A DNA stretch of 63,684 nucleotides, counting the filler. It is 5 parts of 5 records of this genome, joined end to end, with 100 filler letters (N's around TTAATTAATTAA, not from the genome) between each part and the next. Parts side by side here need not be neighbours in the genome. Positions count along the whole stretch, not along the records: positions 1 to 11,114 come from SRR2962707_4938; positions 11,215 to 19,859 come from SRR2962707_4940; positions 19,960 to 45,720 come from SRR2962707_4941; 2 more parts are not named here. One strand, written 5' to 3'. This document shows positions 10,646 through 20,034 of the stretch, in pieces (position 1 is the first letter of the stretch; the number at the start of each line of letters is the position of its first letter). The position numbers were made by a program, and so were the translations under genes. The notes below the pieces were generated by a model. It did not search any database and was not told the origin of the DNA. It saw only the letters and a list, made by a program, of their open reading frames with translations.

Positions 10646-11114
10646 CTAGCTGACCCGGGCTACCGCCACTTCGGTCAATAATTCCAGCGCCTGCCGGTGC
10701 TCAGAGCCCGGCAGGCAGGCCAGCAGGTCTCTCGCGATCTGCGCCTGCTCTTTTGCTTTTGTCATGGTGTATTCGATGGCACCGGACGCCTTAACGATAT
10801 CCAGTACCTTCGGCAGGTCATCCAGCCCTCCCTTCCGGATGGCCTGGCGGATCAGTTGCCTTTCGGCTTCGCTACCATTGGCCATGGCGTAGATCAGCGG
10901 CAGGGTGGTTTTGCCTTCCGCCAGGTCGTCTCCCACGTTCTTGCCCATGGTTTCGGCATCGCCCTGATAATCGAGAACGTCATCAACCAGCTGGAATGCC
11001 AGCCCGAGGTGTTTGCCATAGTCTTTCAGGGCATTTTCCTGTTCCCTGCTGGCTCCGGCCAGCAGGGCGCCCGTGTGGGACGCGGCTTCAAACAGCATGG
11101 CGGTCTTGTTGTGG
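10646..11114 (-). CDS. ispB: Octaprenyl-diphosphate synthase, 3' part (contig end)
   Basis: GLAFQLVDDVLDY (second DDxxD), GKNVGDDLAEGKTTLP. Confidence 0.88.
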
Positions 11115-11214
11115 NNNNNNNNNNNNNNNNNNNNNNNNNNNNNNNNNNNNNNNNNNNNTTAATTAATTAANNNNNNNNNNNNNNNNNNNNNNNNNNNNNN
11201 NNNNNNNNNNNNNN
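11115..11214. other. Artificial contig linker
   Basis: N-run with central TTAATTAATTAA (stops in all six frames); composition changes across it. Confidence 0.99.
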
Positions 11215-11231
11215 GATTCCTTGAAACGGTT

Positions 11232-11600
11232 CTATTTCAGCGGCTCCACCGTGACGATGCGGAAGGTCTGCATTTCGCCGTCCTGTTCGGTGACGGAGAG
11301 ATATTCTCCCGATTTGAATTCGTGACGGTCGAGCTTGAAGAAGGGTTCGTCGCCTTCGCGCGTGGTCGCGTCATAGTCGATCACCCAGCCGCGGCCGATG
11401 TGGCGCAGCAGACCCTTCTGGTCCGGCTCGCCTTCCCAGAAGCGGCGCACAGTGCATTCCTTCGCATGCGTCTTCCATGCTTCCGGGTCGAGCATCATGT
11501 CACCATCGAGCGGGACGACGAGATCGTAGCCATGCGCGGGCGAGCCGTTCGGATATTCCTCGTTGCGCGCGAGGCTCATATGGACGTGATAAAGGGTCAT
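11232..11600 (-). CDS. Conserved hypothetical protein (122 aa)
   Basis: MTLYHVHMSLARNEEYPNGSPAHGY...; GGAGA RBS; last gene of the LonC/USP run. Confidence 0.75.
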   Translation of the reverse strand: MTLYHVHMSLARNEEYPNGSPAHGYDLVVPLDGDMMLDPEAWKTHAKECTVRRFWEGEPDQKGLLRHIGRGWVIDYDATTREGDEPFFKLDRHEFKSGEYLSVTEQDGEMQTFRIVTVEPLK

Positions 11601-11614
11601 GCCGTCTCCGTTTC

Positions 11615-12475
11615 TTAATGTGCCATCAGCACGGGGATGGTGGCGTGGGAGCGGACGTGCTGCGTTGTGCCGCCCATGAGGAATTCGCGCAGGCGGCTGT
11701 GGCCGTAGCCGCCCATGACGAGGAGGTCGGCTTTCGCCTGTTCGGCCTGTTGGAGGAGCACTTCCCCGTCGGCCTTGCCCTGCCCGTCGACGAGATGCAC
11801 ATCCGCCGTGACGCCGTGGAGCGCGAGATAGTCCGCGAGCGTGGAGCCGGGGCCGGGATCGAGCTCCTTGCCGCCGATGCAGAGGATCATCACCTTCTTC
11901 GCCTTTTCGAGGAAGGGAATTGCCATCATGACGGCGCTCGACGCTTCGGGGCTGTCGTCCCAGCCGATGCAGACGGTGCCGCCGACGGGATCCCACGCCT
12001 TTTTCGGCGCGATGAGGACCGGGCGGTCGGCGCTCATCATGGCGGCTTCAAGCGCGGTGCCGCCCGCGATGCCGGTCGGGCTTTCGCCGAAGACGATGAG
12101 GTCGGACAGGCGGCTGTGCTTGGCGACGACTTCGTCGCGGCGGCCCGTCACGTCGAGGAAGCGGGCGGACGGCATGTCCGCCTTGCCGCCATCCTGCGCG
12201 ACGGCGACGCCTGCGGCGGCGGCGGTTTTCTCCAGCGCCGCGCGCACGCGCGAGCAGGCATCATCCGCGCCTGTGCGGGCGGCCTGCATCAAATCCTCGA
12301 TCACCTGGCCGGAAACGCCGTCACCGAGATAAGGCAGAGCCTCCGTCGGATCGGGACGCGCGAAGAGGCCGACAAGCTGCGCCTCGAAGGCGCGCGCGAC
12401 GGAAAGCGCCGTCGCCAGCACCTCATCGTCTTCCGCCCTGCCGGCGAGCGGCACGAGAATTTTACGCACGGACAT
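11615..12475 (-). CDS. Universal stress protein (tandem USP)
   Basis: MSVRKILVPL...; C-terminal DLLVMGGYGHSRLREFLMGGTT...IPVLMAH; RBS GGAGG. Confidence 0.92.
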   Translation of the reverse strand: MSVRKILVPLAGRAEDDEVLATALSVARAFEAQLVGLFARPDPTEALPYLGDGVSGQVIEDLMQAARTGADDACSRVRAALEKTAAAAGVAVAQDGGKADMPSARFLDVTGRRDEVVAKHSRLSDLIVFGESPTGIAGGTALEAAMMSADRPVLIAPKKAWDPVGGTVCIGWDDSPEASSAVMMAIPFLEKAKKVMILCIGGKELDPGPGSTLADYLALHGVTADVHLVDGQGKADGEVLLQQAEQAKADLLVMGGYGHSRLREFLMGGTTQHVRSHATIPVLMAH

Positions 12476-12477
12476 GA

Positions 12478-13377
12478 TCAGCCTCCTTTTGCGCCCTTGG
12501 CGGCGCTTGTTGACGGGCCTGCGAGCGGCCCACGTTCCTTGCCCAGCAGAAGCACGGGACAACCCGCCGCCGCCGAAAGGCGCGCCGCGTCGTCATCGTC
12601 GCCCAGCCAGTCGGCATTGACGACCAGAATTCCGACACCGCCTTGATGCGCGGCAGCGGCGAGATCGGCAGGCGCCCTGCCCTTTGCCGAAAGGCGCAGG
12701 AAGGGCGCGCCGATGCGTGCCGCGAGTGTTTCGGCGAAGGCGCTGCAGGCCTCGCCGGGGCTCGTGCCCTCGTCGACGCAGGCAACGGGGCGGCCCGGCA
12801 TTGAAGCATATAGAGCGTTGCGCTGTGCGGGCGAAGGAGCGGCGAGCGCCGCCTTCAGCCCCGTGCCGCGCGCGACGAGCAGGACATCGGCGCGCGCATC
12901 GCGCGTGGCAGCGCGGACCGCGCGCCCGATCTCGCGCGAGCCCGTGCCCGGCGAGCGGATGACCAGCGTGTCTTCCGCTCCCGCGCTTGCCGCGAGCGAG
13001 GCAAGCGGACGGCCACGGCGGACATCGAACGACCAGTCGACATGCGCTTCCGCCGCGATGCGCGCGAGCGTGCGCCGCGCGCTTTCGGCCTGCGCCTTCA
13101 TCGCGCGCAACATGCGCTCGGGGTCAAGGGCGCGCACTTCGCCCGAAAAGGAAATTTCGCGCGCGAAAGGCAAGTCCGCGAGGCTCAACAGGTTTTCATC
13201 CTCGACGAAGACGCCCTTGAGGCGGGCATCGACGGAGGCGGCGAGCCGCGCGGCGAGCGAAAGCGCGTCCCGCGCGATCAGCGAGGTGTCGAGGCCGACA
13301 ACGATGCGCGTGACCTTCCCGTCATCCTTGCCGGGTGCGTTTTTGTCGGGCGCATTGTTCGGGGCGGCAACCATCAT
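12478..13377 (-). CDS. Divergent USP-like protein
   Basis: RIVVGLDTS..ARDALSLAARLA..LKGVFVED USP-like N-terminus; ATGA overlap with the Lon-type gene stop. Confidence 0.75.
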   Translation of the reverse strand: MMVAAPNNAPDKNAPGKDDGKVTRIVVGLDTSLIARDALSLAARLAASVDARLKGVFVEDENLLSLADLPFAREISFSGEVRALDPERMLRAMKAQAESARRTLARIAAEAHVDWSFDVRRGRPLASLAASAGAEDTLVIRSPGTGSREIGRAVRAATRDARADVLLVARGTGLKAALAAPSPAQRNALYASMPGRPVACVDEGTSPGEACSAFAETLAARIGAPFLRLSAKGRAPADLAAAAHQGGVGILVVNADWLGDDDDAARLSAAAGCPVLLLGKERGPLAGPSTSAAKGAKGG

Positions 13378-15929
13378 GGCGCCTTTTTGCTGTTTGCCGG
13401 TCTGCCATTTGCCGGACCGTCGTCCATGCGCTGCGCAAAGCGGCGCTGATTGTCGGCGAAGGCGGCGAGACGATCTTCCGCGCGGGCATAGATCGAGCCC
13501 GCCGGGAAATGGCCGTCGGGCCCGCGTGCGCCGGCGGGCGCGCCCATCAGAAGTTCGACGCCTTCCTCGACATGCTCCACAGGATAGATCGCAAACATGC
13601 CGCGTTCCACCGCATCGACGACATCCTGCCGGAGCATCAGATGTTTCTCGTTGGCGGCGGGGATCAGTACGCCCTGATCGCCGGTGAGGCCGCGGCGCAT
13701 GCAGATGTCGAAGAAGCCCTCGATCTTGTCGTTGACGCCGCCGATCGCCTGCACTTCGCCGAGCTGGTTGACGGAGCCGGTGACGGCGAAACCTTGTGCG
13801 ATGGGCGCTTCGGCGAGGGCGGAGATGAGCGCATAAAGCTCGGCGGAAGAGGCGCTGTCGCCGTCGACGCCGCCATAGGATTGCTCGAAGACGACGCTGG
13901 CCGACATGGAGAGCGGGATTTCGGGCAGGAACTGACCGGAGATGTAGCCGGACAGGATGAGCACGCCCTTGGTGTGGATCGGGCCGCCAAGCGCCACTTC
14001 GCGCTCGATGTCGATGACGCGGGCGGAGCCGAGCCCCATGCGGACGCGCGCCGTGATGCGGCTCGGGCGGCCGAAAGAAATGCTGCCCATGGAGAGAACG
14101 GAAAGGCCGTTCACCTGCCCGACGCGCTCGCCTTCCGTGTCGATCATCACGATGTCGCGGGTGATCATCTCGAGGCTGCGCTCGCGCAAGCGGTCGGCGC
14201 GGGCGATCTGTGCTTCCACCGCTTCGTCGACATGACCCGCCGAGATCGTCATGGCGCCCGCGCTGCGCGCGATGTGATCCGCCTCGCACATGAGATCGAC
14301 GATGGGGCGCATGACCGTCGAAAGTTTTTCGGCATCTTCCGCCTGGCGCGATGACCGCTCGATGATGCGGCCGACGCCGGAGCGGTCGAAGGGCAGCAGG
14401 TTTTCCTCGCGGCAGGTGCTCGCGATGAGACGTGCATAAAGGAGATCGGTTTCGGCCTCGCGGTCGATCTCGTCCTCGAAGTCGGCGGCGACCTTGAATA
14501 GTTCGCCGAAATCGGGGTCGTTGTTGCTGAGCACGTAGTAGAGATAGCGGTCGCCGAGCAGGATGATCTTCACGTCGAGGGGAATGGGGTCCGGCTCAAG
14601 CGTCACCGTGCTGACGAGGCTCATGTATTCGCCCGCGCTTTCGATGACGAGCTTGCGGCGGCGGATGGCGCGCTTCAATGCTTCCCATGCGAGCGGCTCG
14701 CGCAGGAGCTTCAGCGCATCGATCAGCAGGTAGCCGCCATTCGCGCGATGCAGCGCGCCCGGTTTGATGAGCATGAAATCGGTGACGAGGGCGCCCATTT
14801 GCGGCATGTGTTCGACGCGGCCGAGCAGGTTCGCCATGGTCGGATGATCCTCATAGAGGATCGGCGCTCCGCCGCCGATATAGCCGCCCGCATCCGCGAC
14901 GTCCTGCGCGCGCCATGTGGTGGCGCCCGTCTTGCGCGCTTCCTTGCTGTTGTCGACGGCGACGTTGACCTCGTAGCGGCGGAACGGATCGGCCGCCGCG
15001 AAGCCGCCACCGCGGCCCTGCATCAGCGCCTGCATGGCGGCCATGGCGCGCTGCTGCTCGGAGCCTTCGTCGGCGCCGCTCGCGCCCGCGAAGGTGCCGA
15101 TGTTCTCGATCAGATCCGCCGTCACCTCGTCAAGCCACTTCGTGACGGGCGTCAGGCCCTCGAAAAGCGCGCGGAGTTCGCGCATGGCGCGCTCGACGGT
15201 GCGCTCGGCAACCTCGCGGTTCAACGCGCGGACGCGCTGATGATGTTCCTTCTGCCAGGAGGGCATGTGTTCCAGCGTCTCGGCGAGCTCCTTCTGGAGC
15301 GACTGGATCACGCCTTCGATGCGTTTGCGGTCTTCCTCCGGGAGCTGATTGAACTCCTCCGGCTTCAGCACATTGCCATCGTGAACCGGGGCAAGCGCGA
15401 AGCCCGCTGGGGTGCGCAGGAGCGCAATGTCTTCGGCTTCCGCCTTCACGCGCAGTTCCTCGAAGGCCTGCTCCTGCTTCTCCTGATATTCCTCGTCGAT
15501 GGACTGGCGGCGGTTCTGGTATTCCTCGCTTTCGAGGATCGAGGGGATCGTGACCTTGAGGTCGTCGGTGAGGCGCGCCATGCCGTCCTTGAGCTGGCGG
15601 CCCGTTCCCGCGCCAAGCTCCAGCGCCACCGGCTTGTGGGGCGTCGCGAAATTATTGACATAGACCCAGTCGGACGGTGCGCGCTCGCGCATCGCGACGC
15701 CGGAAAGAAACCGCAGCACCGCCTCATGCTTGCCCGCCCCGTCGGGGCCGAGGACGAAGATGTTGTAGCCCTGACGGCGGATGCCGGTGCCGAAGCGCAA
15801 TGCTTCAAGCACGCGCTCCTGTCCGACAAGGCCGGCGTGATCGTCAAGCTCGGCCGTGGTCTCGAACTCGAACTGGCTCACATCGCACGCGCGATAAAGG
15901 AGATCCGAGGGGACCGGTTCTACGCCCAT
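13374..15929 (-). CDS. Lon-family serine protease, LonC/LonB-like (AAA-like + Lon_C)
   Basis: GPDGAGKH P-loop, IKPGALHRANGGYL, catalytic GDSAS and GGVNDKIEG (Ser-Lys dyad); start at ATG 15929 with AGGAAG RBS. Confidence 0.92.
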   Translation of the reverse strand: MGVEPVPSDLLYRACDVSQFEFETTAELDDHAGLVGQERVLEALRFGTGIRRQGYNIFVLGPDGAGKHEAVLRFLSGVAMRERAPSDWVYVNNFATPHKPVALELGAGTGRQLKDGMARLTDDLKVTIPSILESEEYQNRRQSIDEEYQEKQEQAFEELRVKAEAEDIALLRTPAGFALAPVHDGNVLKPEEFNQLPEEDRKRIEGVIQSLQKELAETLEHMPSWQKEHHQRVRALNREVAERTVERAMRELRALFEGLTPVTKWLDEVTADLIENIGTFAGASGADEGSEQQRAMAAMQALMQGRGGGFAAADPFRRYEVNVAVDNSKEARKTGATTWRAQDVADAGGYIGGGAPILYEDHPTMANLLGRVEHMPQMGALVTDFMLIKPGALHRANGGYLLIDALKLLREPLAWEALKRAIRRRKLVIESAGEYMSLVSTVTLEPDPIPLDVKIILLGDRYLYYVLSNNDPDFGELFKVAADFEDEIDREAETDLLYARLIASTCREENLLPFDRSGVGRIIERSSRQAEDAEKLSTVMRPIVDLMCEADHIARSAGAMTISAGHVDEAVEAQIARADRLRERSLEMITRDIVMIDTEGERVGQVNGLSVLSMGSISFGRPSRITARVRMGLGSARVIDIEREVALGGPIHTKGVLILSGYISGQFLPEIPLSMSASVVFEQSYGGVDGDSASSAELYALISALAEAPIAQGFAVTGSVNQLGEVQAIGGVNDKIEGFFDICMRRGLTGDQGVLIPAANEKHLMLRQDVVDAVERGMFAIYPVEHVEEGVELLMGAPAGARGPDGHFPAGSIYARAEDRLAAFADNQRRFAQRMDDGPANGRPANSKKAP

Positions 15930-16028
15930 GTTCTTCCTGTTCCGGCGCCCTTGTCTCGGGGGCGTTTCATCCACCGCAACCTTAAGCCCCGGGACAGGCG
16001 GGGGCAAACGGCCGGAACGTCGCAGGGA

Positions 16029-16538
16029 TCATCCCATGGCGGGCCGCAGGCGCGGCGTCCTGCGCCGCCGGAAGCGGAGAACGCCGAGCGTGCCGATGGC
16101 GAGGAAAGCGAGGAGTACGATGCCCTGCGCGATGGCGAAGGGCGCTTCGGTCTGTGTCGGCGCGAAGGCATTGAAGAGCGGTATTTTCTGGAAGCTCTGC
16201 ACGACGAGCACGAAGACATTGAGATAGAGGACGATCGTCGCGCCCACGACATAGATCCACCGCCAGTGGCCTTCGAGGCCGCGCAGATAGAGGCCGTAAA
16301 GCGCCGGGCCGATGACGATGAACGTGATGATACCGAAGGCCTGTGCGGGTGTCAGCGGCGGGGCGGGAATGAGGAAACCCGTGACGGTCGTCGCCAACGT
16401 CAGTGCGAGGAACCACGCGGTCCAGCGCGGCAGCGGCCGATCGCGCAGAAACCCCGCCATGACCGGGAGCCCGGCGGCAATGGCGGCGAGGCTGATCAAA
16501 ACATGCACAAAGACAAAAGGGGTCAATCCCAAGATCAT
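16029..16538 (-). CDS. Hypothetical integral membrane protein
   Basis: About 5 hydrophobic segments, HVLISL, YLNVFVLVVQSFQKIP; RBS GGGAGA. Confidence 0.8.
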   Translation of the reverse strand: MILGLTPFVFVHVLISLAAIAAGLPVMAGFLRDRPLPRWTAWFLALTLATTVTGFLIPAPPLTPAQAFGIITFIVIGPALYGLYLRGLEGHWRWIYVVGATIVLYLNVFVLVVQSFQKIPLFNAFAPTQTEAPFAIAQGIVLLAFLAIGTLGVLRFRRRRTPRLRPAMG

Positions 16539-16674
16539 GATGTGTCTCCCGCGGTTCCCGAAGTGGACCTTCGAAGAGGAGGATCGCGCCAAAGGGACAG
16601 TCTCGCTTGTTCGTTTCGGCTGTATTCCATCGACGGGTGACAAGCCGCCGAACGCGCCTTAAGTTGCGCCTCCC

Positions 16675-17310
16675 ATGGCGCCTCGCACACCGAAACCTCC
16701 GAAAGAAACCGCAACCCAGCGCCCGCGCGCCTGGCAGCGGATGCTGAGCGGGCGCAGGCTCGACCTGCTCGACCCCTCGCCGCTCGATGTCGAGATCGAC
16801 GACATTGCTCATGGGCTTGCGCGCGTCGCCCGCTGGAACGGGCAGACGGAGGGCGACCATGCCTTCACGGTCGCCGAACATTGCGTGCTGGTGGACGATA
16901 TCTGCGCGCGCTTCCGCCCCGGCTGGCCGGTGAAGTGGCGGCTGGCGGCGCTGCTGCACGACGCGCCGGAATATGTGATCGGCGACATGATCAGCCCGTT
17001 CAAGGCGGCGCTCGGGATCGATTACAAGGCATTCGAGCACCGCCTTGAAGTGGCGATCCATCGCCGCTTCGGGCTACCGGACGAGCTGCCGCAAGCAGTC
17101 GAGGCCCTCATCAAGCGGGCGGACCATGCTTCGGCCTTCTTTGAGGCGACGCAGATCGCGGGTTTCTCCGATGAGGAGGCTGCGAAGATTTTCGGGCGGC
17201 CTCGGGGACTTTCGCCGATCACGCTCGAACCCCTGCCGACGAAGAAGGCGCAGGCGCGGTTTCTGGCCCGCTTCCGCGAGCTGACGGATAAATCTCTGGA
17301 CGATAAGTAG
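16675..17310 (+). CDS. HD-domain phosphohydrolase (YfbR-like 5'-deoxynucleotidase family)
   Basis: IAHGLARVARWNG, VAEH, LLHDAPEYVIGD, IKRAD. Confidence 0.9.
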   Translation: MAPRTPKPPKETATQRPRAWQRMLSGRRLDLLDPSPLDVEIDDIAHGLARVARWNGQTEGDHAFTVAEHCVLVDDICARFRPGWPVKWRLAALLHDAPEYVIGDMISPFKAALGIDYKAFEHRLEVAIHRRFGLPDELPQAVEALIKRADHASAFFEATQIAGFSDEEAAKIFGRPRGLSPITLEPLPTKKAQARFLARFRELTDKSLDDK

Positions 17311-17429
17311 CCGTTTTCGTTCTATTTACGCCCGAGTTTGCACAAATCTGTGTTATTAAAAGCCTATAGTCGATTCCGACGCCGCTGTTCCTGCGCGCCG
17401 TCCATTTGAACGCCCGACCCGAGCGGATA

Positions 17430-17948
17430 ATGATCTATGTGAGCCCCCTCAGCGCGGTCGAAGACGCGATCCGGGATGTGAAACCGTCGCATCTCGTGAG
17501 CCTGCTCGACCCCGAAACGATGATCGATACGCCGGGAGGCATCGAGCCTGCGCGGCATTTGCGCCTGTCGGTGAACGATATCGCGGAGGAGATCGATGAC
17601 CTGGTGCCGCCCGGCGTCGAACATGTCGCCTCGCTGATCGAGTTCGTGCACGGCTGGGACCAGACGAGCCCGCTGCTCGTTCATTGCTGGGCGGGGATCA
17701 GCCGGTCGACGGCGGCGGCCTTCATCGCGCTTTGCGCACTGAATGAAGGGCACCCGGAAGAGGAATTCGCTCGGCTCGTGCGCACGCGCGGCGCGCATGC
17801 GCACCCGAACCGGCTGATGGTGCGCCATGCGGATCAGTTGCTGAAGCGCGGCGGGCGCATGAGCGCCGCCATCGAGGCGCTTGGACCCGGACGCGCCTGC
17901 TGGGAAGGCGAACTTTTCTCCATTCCCCTTCGTCCCGACCGGCGCTGA
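17430..17948 (+). CDS. Protein-tyrosine-phosphatase-like (CX5R) protein
   Basis: LLVHCWAGISRSTAAA active-site loop, PNRLMV. Confidence 0.9.
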   Translation: MIYVSPLSAVEDAIRDVKPSHLVSLLDPETMIDTPGGIEPARHLRLSVNDIAEEIDDLVPPGVEHVASLIEFVHGWDQTSPLLVHCWAGISRSTAAAFIALCALNEGHPEEEFARLVRTRGAHAHPNRLMVRHADQLLKRGGRMSAAIEALGPGRACWEGELFSIPLRPDRR

Positions 17949-17954
17949 GGCAGC

Positions 17955-19010
17955 ATGGCAGCGAAGCCGGCAAAGCCCTCCGTCCAGTCCGCCGCCGAGG
18001 CGGCGATGCGCGCGGACAAGGCGGTCGTCATCGGCCTCAACGCGGCCATCGTCACCGTTTCCGAAAACGAACCGAAAATCCTCGTTGTACCGCATGATGA
18101 GGCGGACGGCACGGGCGGCTGGGATGCGCTGCCCTTCGGCCCGTTCAATCCGTTGCAGCACCGGACGCTCGAAATCGGCCTGCGCTCCTGGGTGCAGGAG
18201 CAGACGCAGCTTGAGCTTGGCTATGTCGAACAGCTCTACACGTTCGGCGACCGCGGGCGGCATTCGCTCGAAATCGAGGCGCCGGGCGAACATGTCGTGT
18301 CGGTCGGCTATCTCGCGCTGACGCGGAGCCACGATGAAACGCTCAAAGGTGCAGCGTGGCGCGACTGGTACCAGTATTTTCCCTGGGAAGACTGGCGCGA
18401 GGGCAAGCCGGCAATCATCGAACAGGCCATCGTACCGCTGCTCCGCGAATGGGTGTCGCGGCAGGCGGAGGCAACACCCGACGAACTCTCGCGCGGCAAG
18501 CGGCGCGACCGGATGCGGCTCTGCTTCGGCGTCGACGGTGTCGACTGGGACGACGAGAAATCGCTCGAACGCTACGAGCTTCTTTACAGCGCGGGGCTTC
18601 TGCAGGAAGCGGCGCGGGACGGACGGCCGAACGCCGCCGCGCTGACGGAGAAGAATGTGCCGCCGCTCGGACGGCCGATGCAGTTCGATCATCGCCGGAT
18701 TCTCGCGACCGCCATGAGCCGGTTGCGCGCGAAGATCAAATACCGGCCGGTCGCCTTCGAACTGATGCCGCCCGCCTTCACGCTTTATGAATTGCAGAAG
18801 ACGGTGGAGGCGCTGCTCGGGCTTCACGTCCACAAGCAGAACTTCCGCCGCCTCGTCGAGAATGCGGGGCTGGTGGAGCGCACGGGCCGCATGTCGACGC
18901 GGACGGGCGGCCGCCCCGCCGAGCAGTTCCGCTTCCGCCGCGAAGTGCTGAACGAGCGGCCCGCGCCGGGGCTGAGGCTTGCGCCATCACGCAGCCGGGC
19001 CAATAGTTGA
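17955..19010 (+). CDS. nadQ: NAD biosynthesis regulator NadQ (Nudix-like + wHTH)
   Basis: LPFGPF, YVEQLYTFGDRGR, DHRRILATA, FTLYELQ..HKQNFRRLVE, GGRPA; NadQ boxes and nadA lie downstream. Confidence 0.85.
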   Translation: MAAKPAKPSVQSAAEAAMRADKAVVIGLNAAIVTVSENEPKILVVPHDEADGTGGWDALPFGPFNPLQHRTLEIGLRSWVQEQTQLELGYVEQLYTFGDRGRHSLEIEAPGEHVVSVGYLALTRSHDETLKGAAWRDWYQYFPWEDWREGKPAIIEQAIVPLLREWVSRQAEATPDELSRGKRRDRMRLCFGVDGVDWDDEKSLERYELLYSAGLLQEAARDGRPNAAALTEKNVPPLGRPMQFDHRRILATAMSRLRAKIKYRPVAFELMPPAFTLYELQKTVEALLGLHVHKQNFRRLVENAGLVERTGRMSTRTGGRPAEQFRFRREVLNERPAPGLRLAPSRSRANS

Positions 19011-19031
19011 GCCTCTCGGGGGAGGAAGAAC

Positions 19032-19406
19032 ATGAACGGCATTTCCATCAAGGCAGTCCTTATCGCCTCGGTCTTCGGCTTCGTGCTGATGCTCGTGCTC
19101 ATGATGGCGCTGGGCGCGCTCTATCCGGTGCTGTTCAGCGATGCGACCCCGGAAAACTTCGAGCAATCATGGTTCTCGATGCTGGCGCTAGCGGCCCCGG
19201 TGGCGGCGGGTTATCTGGCCGCACGGCTCGCCGGAACGCGGCCTGTATTGCACGGCGCGCTGTCCCCGGTCCTCAATGTGCTGTGGGGATTGGTCGCGCT
19301 GACCTTCATGGTACCGGTGACCGCTTTCATGGCCGGCGTGCTCATTGCCAATGTCCTGCTTGGCGCGCTCGGTGGCTATATTTATCTAAACATCCGAAAA
19401 CATTGA
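19032..19406 (+). CDS. Small hypothetical membrane protein (about 4 TM)
   Basis: Highly hydrophobic 124 aa ORF with GGAGG RBS. Confidence 0.75.
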   Translation: MNGISIKAVLIASVFGFVLMLVLMMALGALYPVLFSDATPENFEQSWFSMLALAAPVAAGYLAARLAGTRPVLHGALSPVLNVLWGLVALTFMVPVTAFMAGVLIANVLLGALGGYIYLNIRKH

Positions 19407-19463
19407 CCTTTTCTTCCTGTTCTATTTTGAACAACTCGTGTTCAAGGTGTCGGATATTCTCTG

Positions 19464-19493
19464 TTGACGCTTGATAATGCTCAAGCGTAGCAT
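19464..19493 (+). promoter_or_regulatory. Putative nadA promoter overlapped by a weak NadQ box
   Basis: TTGACG(19464)-N18-TAGCAT(19488); ATGCTCA-agc-GTAGCAT at 19477-19493. Confidence 0.6.
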
Positions 19494-19544
19494 ATCTCTA
19501 ATGGGAGCCCGGCCCTCGTTGGAGGTGTCGGTGTTTTTGATACC

Positions 19545-19573
19545 CAATATATGCTCACTATGAGTATATATTG
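19545..19573. promoter_or_regulatory. Strong NadQ operator
   Basis: CAATATATGCTCA-CTA-TGAGTATATATTG palindrome matching ATRCTCA-N3-TGAGYAT, just upstream of the nadA RBS. Confidence 0.85.
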
Positions 19574-19595
19574 AGAGCAGCGACAGGAGGTCGAC

Positions 19596-19859
19596 ATGGC
19601 CCTCGCAGGTGAAATGCAGCAGAAGACGGGCACCAAGCCCGCAGCGCGCGCGTTCAAGCCGCTGGAGATGCCGGAGCTCGAATACACCCCCGGTCTCGCG
19701 AAAGAGATGGCGCCGCTCTACGAGAAGGTGAAGAACGTCATTCCCTCCGTCGAATGGCCCTTCTTCGCGCCCTATATCCACGCCATCAACAAACTCAAGA
19801 AAGAGCGCAATGCGGTCGTGCTCGCGCATAACTACCAGACGCCGGAAATCTTCCATTGC
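19596..19859 (+). CDS. nadA: Quinolinate synthase, 5' part (contig end)
   Basis: [33 protein letters not shown]. Confidence 0.93.
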
Positions 19860-19959
19860 NNNNNNNNNNNNNNNNNNNNNNNNNNNNNNNNNNNNNNNNN
19901 NNNTTAATTAATTAANNNNNNNNNNNNNNNNNNNNNNNNNNNNNNNNNNNNNNNNNNNN
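19860..19959. other. Artificial contig linker
   Basis: N-run with TTAATTAATTAA. Confidence 0.99.
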
Positions 19960-20011
19960 GTTTTTCAAACCAAGTTGGGGGATTCGACGAAGCACAGACG
20001 AGGGAATTCAA
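19960..20011 (+). repeat. REP-like structured repeat, copy A (5'-truncated by contig start)
   Basis: GTTTTTCAAACCAAGTTGGGGGATTCGACGAAGCACAGAC..GAATTCAA aligns with 20513-20561. Confidence 0.8.
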
Positions 20012-20034
20012 CGTAACGTTTCTATTTTTACTTC

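Noticed and set aside
11159-11170. TTAATTAATTAA palindrome repeated four times
   Set aside because: Embedded in N-runs; an artificial six-frame-stop linker, not biological.
11477-16640. Long overlapping ORFs (e.g. 11477-12646, 14748-16640, and the 5' extension of 12478-14289)
   Set aside because: Antisense or off-frame shadows of real genes in high-GC DNA; Arg/Ala-rich with no motifs.
19419-19445. GTTC/GAAC motifs as a LexA box (TTGAACA-N5-TGTTCAA)
   Set aside because: Does not fit the alphaproteobacterial GTTC-N7-GTTC direct repeat; could be a weak hairpin, but there is no further support.
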